A stretch of 64,000 bases of DNA from an uncultured Rhabdochlamydiaceae bacterium (GCA_963712275.1 CAVQHD010000001.1:1664001-1728000), one strand, 5' to 3'. Positions 1 through 10,370 are shown, counted from the stretch's first letter. A program made the numbers and translations. Notes: generated by a model not told the origin, from the sequence alone.

Positions 1-9
1 CCTCCATTC

Positions 10-819
10 GTGTGGCAACCGTGCGGATCTTACTCAGACATTCTTTATGATAAGCTCCCTGGGATTGCAAAAATCACGATCAATCGACCCCATGTTCGGA
101 ATGCCTTCCGGCCTTTGACCGTGAAAGAAATGATGCAAGCGCTCGAAGAGGCCCGCCAAGACCCCTCCATTGGGACCATCATCTTAACAGGACGGGGGCG
201 GGATGCCTTTTGTGCAGGAGGCGATCAGAAAATTCGGGGCGATGCCGGCTATAAAGATACAGAAGGGACTGAGCATTTAAACGTGCTCGATTTTCAAAGG
301 CAAATCCGCACCTGTCCTAAGCCCGTTATCGCCATGGTTGCAGGGTATGCGATTGGCGGCGGGCATGTTCTTCATATCGTTTGCGATCTGACCATTGCGG
401 CAGACCATTCTATTTTTGGACAGGTGGGGCCGCGCGTGGGATCGTTTGATGGCGGGTTCGGATCCAGTTACCTGGCGAGAATTGTTGGGCAGAAAAAGGC
501 TCGGGAGATCTGGTTTCTCTGCAGACAATACTCTGCCCAAGAGGCCCTTGCAATGGGCCTTGTGAATACAGTGGTTCCTTATGAAGACTTAGAGACGACA
601 ACAGTTGCCTGGTGCCGTGAAATGCTCGAGCTCTCGCCGATGGCCCTCAGATGCCTGAAGGCAGCCCTGAACGCCGACTGCGATGGACAAGCAGGACTTC
701 AAGAGCTTGCAGGCAATGCCACCATGCTATTCTATATGACAGAAGAAGGGCAGGAAGGGCGTAATGCTTTTAATGAAAAACGGAAGCCAAACTTTACCCA
801 TTTTAAAAGAAAACCATGA
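10..819 (+). CDS. menB: 1,4-dihydroxy-2-naphthoyl-CoA synthase
   Basis: Crotonase-fold motifs [36 protein letters not shown] typical of MenB; first gene of men cluster. Confidence 0.95.
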   Translation: MWQPCGSYSDILYDKLPGIAKITINRPHVRNAFRPLTVKEMMQALEEARQDPSIGTIILTGRGRDAFCAGGDQKIRGDAGYKDTEGTEHLNVLDFQRQIRTCPKPVIAMVAGYAIGGGHVLHIVCDLTIAADHSIFGQVGPRVGSFDGGFGSSYLARIVGQKKAREIWFLCRQYSAQEALAMGLVNTVVPYEDLETTTVAWCREMLELSPMALRCLKAALNADCDGQAGLQELAGNATMLFYMTEEGQEGRNAFNEKRKPNFTHFKRKP

Positions 820-1679
820 AAACACTTACCTTATGGATTGAAGCCTCCCGCCCCAAAACCCTCTTTGCAAGCCTCTCCCCTGTCTTGATTGCAGCAGCTT
901 TTGCTGCTTCTCAAGGAGTATTCGTATTCTTTCCTTTTCTCATCACCCTTCTTACGGCCCTTGGGATTCAAGTCGGCGCCAATTTTGCAAACGATTATTT
1001 CGATTTTCTAAGAGGGGGCGATACCCCCTCTAGAAAAGGGCCCCGGCGTCTCCTCTTGTTAGGGCTTGTTTCCCTCTCCCAGATGAGACTGGCTACCTTT
1101 TTGACATTCACAGCAGTCTCCCTCTTAAGCATCTATCTCACGATTCGAGGCGGGCCCGCCATTGCGCTTCTCTCGACCCTTTCGATTTTGCTCGCAGTTG
1201 GGTACTCAGGAGGCCCTTGGCCGCTCGCTTCCAAAGGAGTGTCCGAACTCTTTGTGCTCCTCTTTTTTGGCCCCATTGCAACAGCAGGAGCTGCCTATCT
1301 TCAAACCCTTACTTTTTCATGGGAGGCAGCAGTGCTTGGACTAACCCCTGGGCTCCTATCGACTGCAGTTCTTGCCGTCAACAACCTTCGTGATATTGAA
1401 GAAGACCGAAAAAGCGGTAAAAAGACGCTCGCGGTCCGATACGGAAAACGGTTTACCCAAATCGAATACACCCTCTGCCTCGTCATGGGATGCCTGATCC
1501 CCCTATGCCTTGGATTATGGCTGACCGCTTTTGCCCTCATCCCCGCGGTCATTCCTTTAAAAACCGTGTGGCGCTTCCACCAAGAACAAGAGTTGAATGC
1601 CACTCTTGCGCAAACGGGAAAAATTGGGTTTCTAGCGGCTCTGCTGATCGGCTGCAGCCTCTTCATACATGCGATTTAA
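816..1679 (+). CDS. menA: DHNA octaprenyltransferase (UbiA family)
   Basis: [27 protein letters not shown] motifs; multiple TM segments; ATGA overlap with menB. Confidence 0.92.
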   Translation: MKTLTLWIEASRPKTLFASLSPVLIAAAFAASQGVFVFFPFLITLLTALGIQVGANFANDYFDFLRGGDTPSRKGPRRLLLLGLVSLSQMRLATFLTFTAVSLLSIYLTIRGGPAIALLSTLSILLAVGYSGGPWPLASKGVSELFVLLFFGPIATAGAAYLQTLTFSWEAAVLGLTPGLLSTAVLAVNNLRDIEEDRKSGKKTLAVRYGKRFTQIEYTLCLVMGCLIPLCLGLWLTAFALIPAVIPLKTVWRFHQEQELNATLAQTGKIGFLAALLIGCSLFIHAI

Positions 1680-2472
1680 AGTCTATCGGTTTGAGATCCA
1701 CCACCGCCATCTCGCCTCAAAGAGAGGGCTCCTTTTGGAAGACAGCAAAGGCAGCCTTAGTGAAGTCTCGCCTCTGGAGGGTCGAAGTCAAGAAACCCTC
1801 GAGCAGGCGCTCGAGCAGCTCAAAGCACTGCAGCAAGGGTGGAAAGGCCCTCTCTTACCTTCGGTAGAATTTGGCCTCTATGGACTTTCAGCCCCGCAAG
1901 TCCGTTCAGCTCCTTGTGCACTTCTCCTCTGTGGAACCCCGGATGAAGTGCTCTCCCTTGCTCACTCATCGCATGGATGCACCCTTGCTAAACTTAAAGT
2001 CGGCCACTGGAGCGTTGCTGAAGCAAAAGAGGTGATTCAATCTCTGCCCTTCCGCCTTCGCCTGGACTTCAATCATCGATGGAGTGAAAAGCAGGTGCGT
2101 GAGCTCTGCTCTCATCTATCCCCTCACCAAATCGATTTTTTAGAAGACCCCGGCTGTCCCGTCTCTCCTTTTGCTGAGGCATGCGATGTCGATGCCTCCG
2201 ACCATCTCATTCAAGTATGGAAACCGATGGTCCGAGGCATGCCCCTTAAACGGCGCCCAGTGATTTTAAGCAGCGCTTTAGAAAGTAGCATCGGCCTTCA
2301 TCACATCGCTTCGCTGACCCAAAGCCATGCAATCCCTGCGCATGCCTTAGGACTTGGAACTGGCGCCTATCTCGAAAACGACCTTGTCAACAATCCGCCG
2401 ATTTTGAAAGACGGACATCTCCACTTTCCCCTTCAGTGGGAGTTAAAGAGCACTAGGTTAGTCCCATGTTAG
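1669..2472 (+). CDS. menC: o-succinylbenzoate synthase (short, divergent)
   Basis: KLKVG, LRLDFN, FLEDP, SSALESSIG enolase-superfamily motifs; men operon context. Confidence 0.85.
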   Translation: MRFKVYRFEIHHRHLASKRGLLLEDSKGSLSEVSPLEGRSQETLEQALEQLKALQQGWKGPLLPSVEFGLYGLSAPQVRSAPCALLLCGTPDEVLSLAHSSHGCTLAKLKVGHWSVAEAKEVIQSLPFRLRLDFNHRWSEKQVRELCSHLSPHQIDFLEDPGCPVSPFAEACDVDASDHLIQVWKPMVRGMPLKRRPVILSSALESSIGLHHIASLTQSHAIPAHALGLGTGAYLENDLVNNPPILKDGHLHFPLQWELKSTRLVPC

Positions 2473-3656
2473 TGACCGATGAATTTAAATGGGATTTCCC
2501 TACCTTTGAATCGCATATCGAAGGCATGTGCAGGCAAGTTGCAGTGCACCCCTCACCCCGAGTCCCTTTTCTCGCTCCTTTGACGCCCCTTTCCATCCTC
2601 ACCTTTTTTGCCTGCTGGAAAGTTGGCAAGATTGCCTGCCCCTTGAACCCCAAAAATCCTCTCATCGCCCCTCTTTTAGAAGAGCTTCAAGCCCCTCTAT
2701 TCACGCCAATCTTCCCCTCCCCTTGCCCGCCAACACCGAGACAGTGGGACCTTCATCAACTCGCCACGTTTTTACTCACCTCTGGCTCGACCGGCAAACC
2801 AAAAATCGCCTGCCATACTCTTAAAAACCACGTTCTGAACGCTCAAGGCTCTTTCCTAAAAATGCCACTGACTCCTCAAAGCTGCTGGAGCCTTGCACTC
2901 CCACTTTACCATGTCGGAGGGGTGGCGATTTTATTCCGGTGTTATTTATCAGGCGCCCACGTGCTGCTTTCAAAATCGTGGAATCAAGCCACCCACCTCT
3001 CTCTTGTTCCCACCCAACTTATCAGACTCCTCAAAGAACCCTGCAACCTTCCCCTTCTTCAAGCCATCCTCCTCGGAGGCGCGCCCATCCCCTCTCTCCA
3101 AACACCCTGGCGTGTGATTCCCACCTACGGGATGACAGAGATGAGTTCTCAAATCGTGACCGATCATACCCTCCATCCTCATGCAGAAGTGATGATCTCT
3201 ACCAGTCAAGAAATCTGGGTCCGAGGAGAAACGTTATTTCAAGGATATCTCCAAAACAACCAGACCATTGTCTGCCCCCTGAATGAAGAAGGATGGTTTG
3301 AAACAAAGGACCTCGGCCAGTGGAAAGACGGCCGTTTTCATGTGATTGGGCGGAAAGACAACCTCTTCATCTCAGGAGGAGAAAACATTCAACCCGAAGA
3401 GATTGAGACAGCCATTCGCACCCACTGCCATGAAGATGCGATTGTCGTCCCCCTCAAAGATGAAGAGTATGGAGCGAGACCCGCCGTCTTCCTCAGAGAT
3501 CCTTCCCTCCTCCCTGCTATTCAAGCCAAACTACAAGAAGTGCTCCCCAAATTCAAAATCCCAATCCAGGCCTTTCCCTTTCCCGGCGAAGTAGGGCTGA
3601 AGCCAAATCGGAAACATCTTGAAAAGGTTGCTTATGATAATATGTGTACCCTATGA
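2466..3656 (+). CDS. menE: o-succinylbenzoate--CoA ligase
   Basis: AMP-binding TSGSTGKPK, YGMTEM, GRKDNLFISGGENIQPEEIE; men operon context. Confidence 0.9.
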   Translation: MLVTDEFKWDFPTFESHIEGMCRQVAVHPSPRVPFLAPLTPLSILTFFACWKVGKIACPLNPKNPLIAPLLEELQAPLFTPIFPSPCPPTPRQWDLHQLATFLLTSGSTGKPKIACHTLKNHVLNAQGSFLKMPLTPQSCWSLALPLYHVGGVAILFRCYLSGAHVLLSKSWNQATHLSLVPTQLIRLLKEPCNLPLLQAILLGGAPIPSLQTPWRVIPTYGMTEMSSQIVTDHTLHPHAEVMISTSQEIWVRGETLFQGYLQNNQTIVCPLNEEGWFETKDLGQWKDGRFHVIGRKDNLFISGGENIQPEEIETAIRTHCHEDAIVVPLKDEEYGARPAVFLRDPSLLPAIQAKLQEVLPKFKIPIQAFPFPGEVGLKPNRKHLEKVAYDNMCTL

Positions 3657-4411
3657 GCGCCATTGATAAGCTTTTTTACTTCCCACCAGAAGTTAAACTA
3701 ATGATTTGGCACTATTTGAGCCACTCTGATGGGTTGGCCCTTTTTGCAGTCAACAAAGCGTTGGCAGGGTGCCCCGAGCAGCCAGATTTTTGGAAACATC
3801 GCCTACTTGTAGATTTTGCTTTATATACGGGAGACAAGGTACCCCCTGTCGATTTTTTAAATCGCAACACGATTGATTCTATTAATAGCTTTTTTCAACT
3901 ATATGCTAACAGCTCTCCACTTATAGGAGAATTTGTTTCGAAACTCTACCAACCCTTGCCAGAAGAGGATTTAGCGCAGGGCTTTTATAGTGCCTATAAA
4001 AGCACCTATAAAAAAATATCCTCTTTCGGAGAATATACATTTGTTCAGATATGTTGGACCTCCTTCTTATTTACAAAAGGCACCGACTCTAAAACAAATG
4101 AAGCACTGCTAGAGTTGGGTGCCGACCAAGCTACTATAATAAAAATAATAGAATATTCTAGAAATTGTTATCGATTTACAACCGTTTTAAATCTTGCCTC
4201 AGGTACAAAATCTGCGGAGTTATTGCTTAACAAGTGTGACAACGCTATAAAGCAAGAGTCCGCTCGTCGAACAAGGAAAAAATATCTCCGCATTTTTCTG
4301 TATGCTATCGGAGGTATGATCTTTATCTTCGCATCGCTAAAACTCGGCGGTATCATCCGATCTACCGGCATATTTTCAAAAAATCGTCTTTCCTATAGCC
4401 ATTCCCGCTGA
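3653..4411 (+). CDS. F-box-like domain protein with C-terminal TM segment (putative effector)
   Basis: N-terminal FPPEVKLMIWHYLSHSDGLALFAVNK resembles an F-box; hydrophobic IFLYAIGGMIFIFASL near C-terminus; ATG 3653 overlaps menE TGA (track start 3644). Confidence 0.6.
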   Translation: MSAIDKLFYFPPEVKLMIWHYLSHSDGLALFAVNKALAGCPEQPDFWKHRLLVDFALYTGDKVPPVDFLNRNTIDSINSFFQLYANSSPLIGEFVSKLYQPLPEEDLAQGFYSAYKSTYKKISSFGEYTFVQICWTSFLFTKGTDSKTNEALLELGADQATIIKIIEYSRNCYRFTTVLNLASGTKSAELLLNKCDNAIKQESARRTRKKYLRIFLYAIGGMIFIFASLKLGGIIRSTGIFSKNRLSYSHSR

Positions 4412-4450
4412 GTAATTTTGCTTTGTTTCAGAAATAGACTAGTGAGGGAG

Positions 4451-4655
4451 GGGTGCATAGTCAAATAGTTGTGAGAGGAAACATGGAAAAATCAAGAAGG
4501 GTGTAGTTATAAAGCAGATAAAAAAACGCCTCACCCCAGAGACACCGAGGAAGATGAGGTTGCACAGAGGATTGTTCTCCACTCTGTGCAACCTCATCTT
4601 CCTCGGTGTCTCTGGGGTGAGGCGTTTCTTCTCCCAATTGCTTGACTATACACCC
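4451..4655. mobile_element. MITE with imperfect terminal inverted repeats and 9-bp target-site duplication
   Basis: TIRs GGGTGCATAGTCAA (4451-4464) / TTGACTATACACCC (4642-4655), 13/14 match; direct repeat GTGAGGGAG at 4442-4450 and 4656-4664; no transposase. Confidence 0.85.
4524..4627. repeat. Perfect 46-bp inverted repeat (12-nt loop), CACAGAG-type hairpin
   Basis: Arms 4524-4569 and 4582-4627 are exact reverse complements; core related to 42983-43130. Confidence 0.95.
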
Positions 4656-4657
4656 GT

Positions 4658-4682
4658 GAGGGAGTTCGCAAAATTCCCTCTA
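4658..4682. repeat. Short dispersed hairpin repeat, copy 1 (GAGGGAGYTCGCAAAAKTCCCTCTA)
   Basis: 23/25 identical to reverse complement of 13615-13639. Confidence 0.75.
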
Positions 4683-4745
4683 ATAAGCGTATTTTTATAG
4701 CTTTACAAATTTCCTTTTAGTATCTCAGAAAGAAGAGGTGTTTTT

Positions 4746-7700
4746 ATGTCTTTACGATGGAAGGAAATTTTCTGTTCTACGATCTGTTTTAGCCTTGCAA
4801 CAGCAGCCGTTTTCAGTGCTGATTATACAGTCAGTCTAGAGTCAGACTCAGCTGTCAATACAGGAGGAGCAGCTGGGGAGTTACGCTATACTTTGAATCA
4901 GATCTTAAATAGCCAAGCTCAAGGAACAGCCGGACCTTTTAATATTACGTTTTCTGTTCCATCGGTGTCTTTAAATGCCCTCCCTCCTCCAATCAACCTA
5001 TTTACGACAGATACCATCACGATCGGCAATTCTTCAGGCAGTCCTACGACAATTGATGGAAACGGCTTTCGCCCCTTTTTTATCAGGCAAGGCACTGTGA
5101 CCTTGCAGAACATGAACATCCAGGGCGGTGTAGCTCAGGGGGGATCTGGAGCAGATGGCGGTGGCGGTGGGATGGGAGCAGGCGGGGCTGTTTTTATAGA
5201 TGGAGCCACTGTGACCATCAAAGATGTGGTTTTTACTTCTAATACGGCGAGCGCTGGTCTTGGAGGAACCGTGGTAGATCGAGGGGGAGGGGGTGGCCTT
5301 GGAGGAAATGGCGGTTCCAACTATGGTGGTGGCGGTGGATATAGCGGCAATGGAGGCGGGAACTTCGGCGGGGGCGGCTCTATAGCCGATGGAGGAAATG
5401 GGAATGGAGCAAATGCGGGAGGTGGCGGCGGCGGTGCGATTATTGGAGCAACAGGAGGAGCAGGTGGAACAAATGGCAGCCCCGGTGATACGGTCGCAGG
5501 ATATGTTTTTGGAGGAGGCGGTGGTGCAGGCGGTAACGGGACTGGGGCAGGTGGTGTAGGCGGTGGAATGAATCCTGGTTCAGTCGTAGGGATTACCGGT
5601 GGAGGTGGTGGCTATAATGGTAATAATGCTAATGGAGGCGTGGGAGGAGGAGGTGGTGGTGGTGGTAGTGGTGTTGGAGACAATGGAGGAGATGGAGGTA
5701 TTGGTGGCGGCGGCGGTGCCTTAAGAAATGGAGGTTATGGTGGTGGTGGCGGTAGTGGTGGTATTTTTGCAGGAAGTGGAGGTTTTGGAGGTGGCGGCAG
5801 TTACTTAGGAGATGGAGGTTTTGGCGGCGGTGGTGGAGTTAAATTTGGCGTATTTGGCGGGCAAGGGGGGTTTGGTGGTGGCGGTGGCCAGGGAGGTTCT
5901 GGCGGTGTTGGGGCTGTTGGTAATCTATCTACAGGAGGAGATGGCGCAGGTTTTGGAGGGGCCATCTTTGTTAATACTGGGACGATTATATTTCAAGGGA
6001 GCTGTTCAACAACGGGAAACACTGCCTCTGCAAACGGCGGTGCAGGGGCTAGTGCTGGTTTTGCTATTTTCGCGGTTTCTGGGGCAACTCTAACTTTTGC
6101 TCCAGACTTTGGGAGTACCATCACCATTTCTGAGTCGATAGCCGATGATAGTCTAAGTTCTATTCCATCTGGCCAGGCCTGGACGCCAGGATCTGGGGCC
6201 GGCGCTTCTCTCACGGTGCAAGGACCTGGCAATCTCATTTTGAATGGGATGAATACGTATAGTGGGATGACTTCGGTAACAGGAGGAAGACTGTCCGTCA
6301 ATGGTCAGATCTTAGGGGGTATCACCGTTAGTTCAGGAGCGACTCTTGGAGGCGTCGGGACTATCTTTGGAGGAGGCACGATTAGCGGAACCCTTTCTCC
6401 AGGAAATTCAATCGGAAATCTCACGTTCGATACATCGAGTGGCAATATCAATTTAGGAAGTACTGCCGTTACCAATATAGAAATCAGTCCTTCCGCATCC
6501 TCTCAGGTTATCATCACAGGAACGGGAGAGCTTGTCCTTGGCGGCACCGTCAATGTCACCCAGAATGTCGGTAGCTATGCAGCAACTGGAACCTACACGA
6601 TTGTGCAAGGGCCTTATTCTGGAACTTTCGATCCGATTGTGATAGGGGGGTTGCCTAATTTTCAATTTGGCTTGTCGTATGCGCCTAACTTTGTCTATTT
6701 GCTCTACCAAGCTCCTCAGATTTCCACCAAAGGTCTTACGGGAAATAACTTAAAGATAGCGAGCTACTTTAACTCAAACGCATCGACTGATGTGACCAAT
6801 CTATTCACTTCATTAAACCAAGCAGAGCTGACTCAGGCTCTAGAATCGGCAGCGCCAACACGGAGTGCATTTGCCACCTATGCCTCGCAAAATGGGTATC
6901 TTGCTTCAAGCCAGGTCCTGAGCGACCACCTGCGTCATGGGCGACTTCATCAGCAAGAGAGCGCAAGCAATCCAATTGCAGCAGCCCATCTCGATCCCGA
7001 TCAGCTCCTCGCCTATAGTTCTAGGAAAATGCTCAAAGCGCAAGATAAACAACCGTCTTGCGACAAGCAAAGCCCCTACGCCATGTGGCTTGGAACCTTT
7101 GGGGAATATGCCCATGAAAAAGCACAGAACCAGACACCCGCTTTTAACATAGGTCTCGGAGGAGTTATCGCTGCTTTTGACTACAAGGGCGTCAATGCCA
7201 ATGTGGTTGGGGTTGGAGTTGCTTATGTCCACTCCCATCTTCATGAATCAGAAGGGATGGGATCTGCAAGTGTCGATCAAGGGTACATGACGGCCTACGG
7301 CACCCTCAATGCGGCAAACTGGTACTTTGACTTGGCGTTATGGGGAGGATACTACCATACAAGCAATCGTAGGAAAATTTCTCTTTCAGGGTTTCATCAC
7401 ACAGCCAAGTCTCAAACCCACGGATGGCAGATTGCTCCACATTTGGAAATAGGCTACGACGGTTTTCATTTAGAGCGGTGCCATGTGAAGTGGTTTGGCA
7501 TTGAGCCCTTCCTCATGGGCGACTGGGTCGGAAACTGGGAGGAGGGATTCCAAGAGCATGGGGCAAATATTTTGAATATGCGTCAAAAAGGGCGATTTTG
7601 TTCCCTTTTTCGAGGCGAGACGGGACTCCGATTTCATGAAATCGCGAAATTCGACTGGGGAAACATTGTCTTTCGGGAGAAGGGCTCGTATGCTTACCAG

Positions 7701-7925
7701 AAGACTTTCCATACAGGTTCTATCACCTCTTCTCTCATTGGAACTCCCGGCTCATTCACAGTCACGACGCTTACAGGAGCGCAAAACCTGGGGGTCTTTG
7801 AGTTTTCCATGCTTGTGAGGCCAAATAATGATAAAGCGCCTTATGTGGATGTCAGATATCAAGGTGAATTTGGTTCAAGCTACCAGTCGCATCAAGGCAT
7901 TTTCGAGATAGGAAAATTCTTTTGA
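4746..7925 (+). CDS. Autotransporter with glycine-rich passenger domain
   Basis: Signal peptide, long Gly-rich region, passenger repeat GPGNLILNGMNTYSGMTSVTGGRL, C-terminal beta-barrel ending in aromatic F. Confidence 0.9.
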   Translation: MSLRWKEIFCSTICFSLATAAVFSADYTVSLESDSAVNTGGAAGELRYTLNQILNSQAQGTAGPFNITFSVPSVSLNALPPPINLFTTDTITIGNSSGSPTTIDGNGFRPFFIRQGTVTLQNMNIQGGVAQGGSGADGGGGGMGAGGAVFIDGATVTIKDVVFTSNTASAGLGGTVVDRGGGGGLGGNGGSNYGGGGGYSGNGGGNFGGGGSIADGGNGNGANAGGGGGGAIIGATGGAGGTNGSPGDTVAGYVFGGGGGAGGNGTGAGGVGGGMNPGSVVGITGGGGGYNGNNANGGVGGGGGGGGSGVGDNGGDGGIGGGGGALRNGGYGGGGGSGGIFAGSGGFGGGGSYLGDGGFGGGGGVKFGVFGGQGGFGGGGGQGGSGGVGAVGNLSTGGDGAGFGGAIFVNTGTIIFQGSCSTTGNTASANGGAGASAGFAIFAVSGATLTFAPDFGSTITISESIADDSLSSIPSGQAWTPGSGAGASLTVQGPGNLILNGMNTYSGMTSVTGGRLSVNGQILGGITVSSGATLGGVGTIFGGGTISGTLSPGNSIGNLTFDTSSGNINLGSTAVTNIEISPSASSQVIITGTGELVLGGTVNVTQNVGSYAATGTYTIVQGPYSGTFDPIVIGGLPNFQFGLSYAPNFVYLLYQAPQISTKGLTGNNLKIASYFNSNASTDVTNLFTSLNQAELTQALESAAPTRSAFATYASQNGYLASSQVLSDHLRHGRLHQQESASNPIAAAHLDPDQLLAYSSRKMLKAQDKQPSCDKQSPYAMWLGTFGEYAHEKAQNQTPAFNIGLGGVIAAFDYKGVNANVVGVGVAYVHSHLHESEGMGSASVDQGYMTAYGTLNAANWYFDLALWGGYYHTSNRRKISLSGFHHTAKSQTHGWQIAPHLEIGYDGFHLERCHVKWFGIEPFLMGDWVGNWEEGFQEHGANILNMRQKGRFCSLFRGETGLRFHEIAKFDWGNIVFREKGSYAYQKTFHTGSITSSLIGTPGSFTVTTLTGAQNLGVFEFSMLVRPNNDKAPYVDVRYQGEFGSSYQSHQGIFEIGKFF

Positions 7926-7945
7926 GCTCTCTATAATTAGATGTA

Positions 7946-8998
7946 ATGGACTTACTAACCCCCGCGCATTTGCAAGATAAGCTCCCGCTAACCGCACGAC
8001 AAAAAGAGAGCGTGCATATGTCGCGATCGACCATCCAAAATCTGATCTGTGGGAAAGATTCCAGAATTGCTCTTGTTTTTGGCCCTTGTTCTATTCACGA
8101 TTTGTCATCTGCTCTTGAGTACGCTCGCCGATTTCGCGCCCTTGCCGAAGAGATTTCAACTAATTGCTTCTGCGTGATGCGGGTTTACGTCGAAAAGCCT
8201 CGCACAAGCACCGGGTGGAAAGGGGTTGTGTACGATCCGCATCTTGATGGTTCAAGCGATCTACAGACGGGAATTTTTTGGGCAAGAGAACTCTTTTTGA
8301 CCTTAACCGATCTGGGAATTCCTATCGCAACAGAAATTCTTCACCCTCTTCTTTCCCCTTTTTTTTCAGATCTCGTCAGCTGGGGCTTTATCGGAGCTCG
8401 AACCTCTGCTTCCCAACCTCATCGAGAACTTGCTTCTTTTCTGCCTTTCCCTGTTGGGTTTAAAAACAGCCCTGACGGCAACATCCAGCAAGCGATTCAA
8501 GCGATGGCATCCACCCGCCAACCTCACCGCTTCCCTTCCATTGGGCCTCAAGGGCAGCTCACAGCTGTCGATAGCGTGGGGAACCCTTGGACCCATGTCG
8601 TCCTCCGCGGCTCTTCATCAGGAAGCAACTACGATCCTGCAACCCTTTCAGACACCTCTCAACTCCTGCAGGCAAGCGGATTCAAGCACCGCATCCTCAT
8701 CGACTGTTCTCACGACAACTGCAGCAAAACATTCTACAAGCAAAAAGAGTCATTTGCCTCCGTCCTTCACCAAATATGCCAGGGAAATCCAATGGTTCTC
8801 GGAATGATGCTAGAAAGCTATCTTGAAGAAGGGTCTCAATTCTTAACTGAAAGCCCCTCAAGCCTCCACTACGGAGTCTCCGTCACAGATCCATGCTTAA
8901 GCTGGAACGAGACTGAAACGCTTCTCTGTGAGGCTGCAAATGTACTCTTCTCCTCAAGTAGTAATAGACATCAAATCTCGTTTCATATACCTTCTTAA
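7946..8998 (+). CDS. 3-deoxy-7-phosphoheptulonate (DAHP) synthase, class I alpha
   Basis: GPCSIHD, RVYVEKPRT..GWKG, IGART..SQPHRE, VGFKN, IDCSHDN, YGVSVTDPC motifs. Confidence 0.93.
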   Translation: MDLLTPAHLQDKLPLTARQKESVHMSRSTIQNLICGKDSRIALVFGPCSIHDLSSALEYARRFRALAEEISTNCFCVMRVYVEKPRTSTGWKGVVYDPHLDGSSDLQTGIFWARELFLTLTDLGIPIATEILHPLLSPFFSDLVSWGFIGARTSASQPHRELASFLPFPVGFKNSPDGNIQQAIQAMASTRQPHRFPSIGPQGQLTAVDSVGNPWTHVVLRGSSSGSNYDPATLSDTSQLLQASGFKHRILIDCSHDNCSKTFYKQKESFASVLHQICQGNPMVLGMMLESYLEEGSQFLTESPSSLHYGVSVTDPCLSWNETETLLCEAANVLFSSSSNRHQISFHIPS

Positions 8999-9004
8999 GG
9001 TATA
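8986..9004. promoter_or_regulatory. Palindromic operator candidate upstream of higBA
   Basis: TATACCTT-ctt-AAGGTATA about 26 bp before higB start. Confidence 0.5.
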
Positions 9005-9030
9005 AAAAATATAGGCTAGAAACCAAAACA

Positions 9031-9318
9031 ATGGCTATCTACTCTTTTAAGGATATAGAAGCCGAGGCTTTCTTCTTCAAGGGAAGTAAACCACGAAAAC
9101 GTGGGTGGTATAATGTCAGAGGAATTGTTAAAAGAAAGCTTGACATGTTACATTATGCCAAAGAGTTGAAAGACTTGCGTACCCCGCCAGCCAATCGACT
9201 AGAAAGCCTAAAAGGTGATTTAATTGGATTTTATAGTATTAGAATTAATGACCAATGGCGAATCGTATTTGGTTGGAATAATCAACCCTATGATGTTCAG
9301 ATTTTAGACTACCATTGA
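9031..9318 (+). CDS. higB: HigB-family toxin (RelE/ParE superfamily)
   Basis: LRTPPANRLESLKGDLIGFYSIRINDQWRIVF...ILDYH signature; toxin-first order. Confidence 0.9.
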   Translation: MAIYSFKDIEAEAFFFKGSKPRKRGWYNVRGIVKRKLDMLHYAKELKDLRTPPANRLESLKGDLIGFYSIRINDQWRIVFGWNNQPYDVQILDYH

Positions 9319-9327
9319 AGGAAAATT

Positions 9328-9669
9328 ATGAGAAGAAAACCTACTTCCCCTGGAGAAATCCTTAACGAGGAATTTTTAAAACCTTTAGGCATCTCTCAAA
9401 AAGAGTTAGCTGAGCACCTAGACTGTGATTATAAGGTTATTAATCGAATTGTGAATGAACGGGCAAGTGTAACCCCTGAAATAGCGAGTAAGCTAGCCGC
9501 TGCGCTTAATACAACACCTGATTTTTGGCTTAATGCTCAGATGGCAGTTGATTTATGGTCACTACCCACTCAGAGACCAAAAATTCGTCGCCTAAATAGA
9601 AGCAAGCGTCTATTTAAACCTCAAATCCGGACTCACAGACCCAGCAAAGCAGCCAGCGGCTCTACATAA
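9328..9669 (+). CDS. higA: HigA-family antitoxin (HTH)
   Basis: PTSPGEILNEEFLKPLGISQKELA...TTPDFWLNAQ signature. Confidence 0.9.
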   Translation: MRRKPTSPGEILNEEFLKPLGISQKELAEHLDCDYKVINRIVNERASVTPEIASKLAAALNTTPDFWLNAQMAVDLWSLPTQRPKIRRLNRSKRLFKPQIRTHRPSKAASGST

Positions 9670-10370
9670 AAAAGGTAGAGCAGCGTCCCGAGGACCGCCC
9701 CGAGAAGAGGAGCGAAGATGGGGATCCACGCATAAGCCCAATCGGGAGATCCTTTCCCTTTGATGGGAAAGAGAGCGTAGGCAAGGCGAGGACCTAAATC
9801 TCGAGCAGGATTGATCGCATAGCCTGTGGGGCCTCCAAGAGAGAGTCCAATGGCAAAAATAAGAATCCCCACAGCATAAGGCCCCATCCCGCCTGCAATC
9901 CCATTATGCGCATCGAAAATGCCAAGGACCCCAAGAAGGAGCACGGCCGTTCCAATGGTCTCGCATACAAAGTTCCACATATAGCTCCGGATCGCCGGCT
10001 GCGTGGAAAAACAGAGCAGCTTGGATTGAGGGTCGGGAGTTTTTTGCCAGTGCGGAAAATAGGTGAGCCAGACAAGAGCTGCGCCGATGAATGCTCCTAT
10101 CATTTGTCCTGCTAAATAGAAAGGAGCTACCGCCCAGGCGGTTTTTTTAGCGAGGCAAAATCCTAGCGTCACAGCGGGATTCAGATGCCCACCACTGGCC
10201 CACCCAGTCACATAAACAGCAATCGCCACGGCAAATCCCCACCCCGCCGTGATGATGATCCAGCCGCCGTTATACCCTTTTGTTTTCATCAGAAGGTGAT
10301 TCGCAACTACGCCGTTCCCTAAAAGCACCAGTAACATTGTCCCAATCAGCTCAGCCCAAAAATATTCCAT
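9633..10370 (-). CDS. glpF: Glycerol uptake facilitator (MIP family)
   Basis: Two NPA motifs (HLNPAVT, AINPARD); start re-assigned to ATG at 10370 preceded by AGGAG. Confidence 0.92.
   Translation of the reverse strand: MEYFWAELIGTMLLVLLGNGVVANHLLMKTKGYNGGWIIITAGWGFAVAIAVYVTGWASGGHLNPAVTLGFCLAKKTAWAVAPFYLAGQMIGAFIGAALVWLTYFPHWQKTPDPQSKLLCFSTQPAIRSYMWNFVCETIGTAVLLLGVLGIFDAHNGIAGGMGPYAVGILIFAIGLSLGGPTGYAINPARDLGPRLAYALFPIKGKGSPDWAYAWIPIFAPLLGAVLGTLLYLFYVEPLAALLGL

Noticed and set aside
5140..6060. GGT/GGC/GGA simple-sequence tract as separate repeat element
   Set aside because: Explained by glycine codons of the autotransporter passenger.
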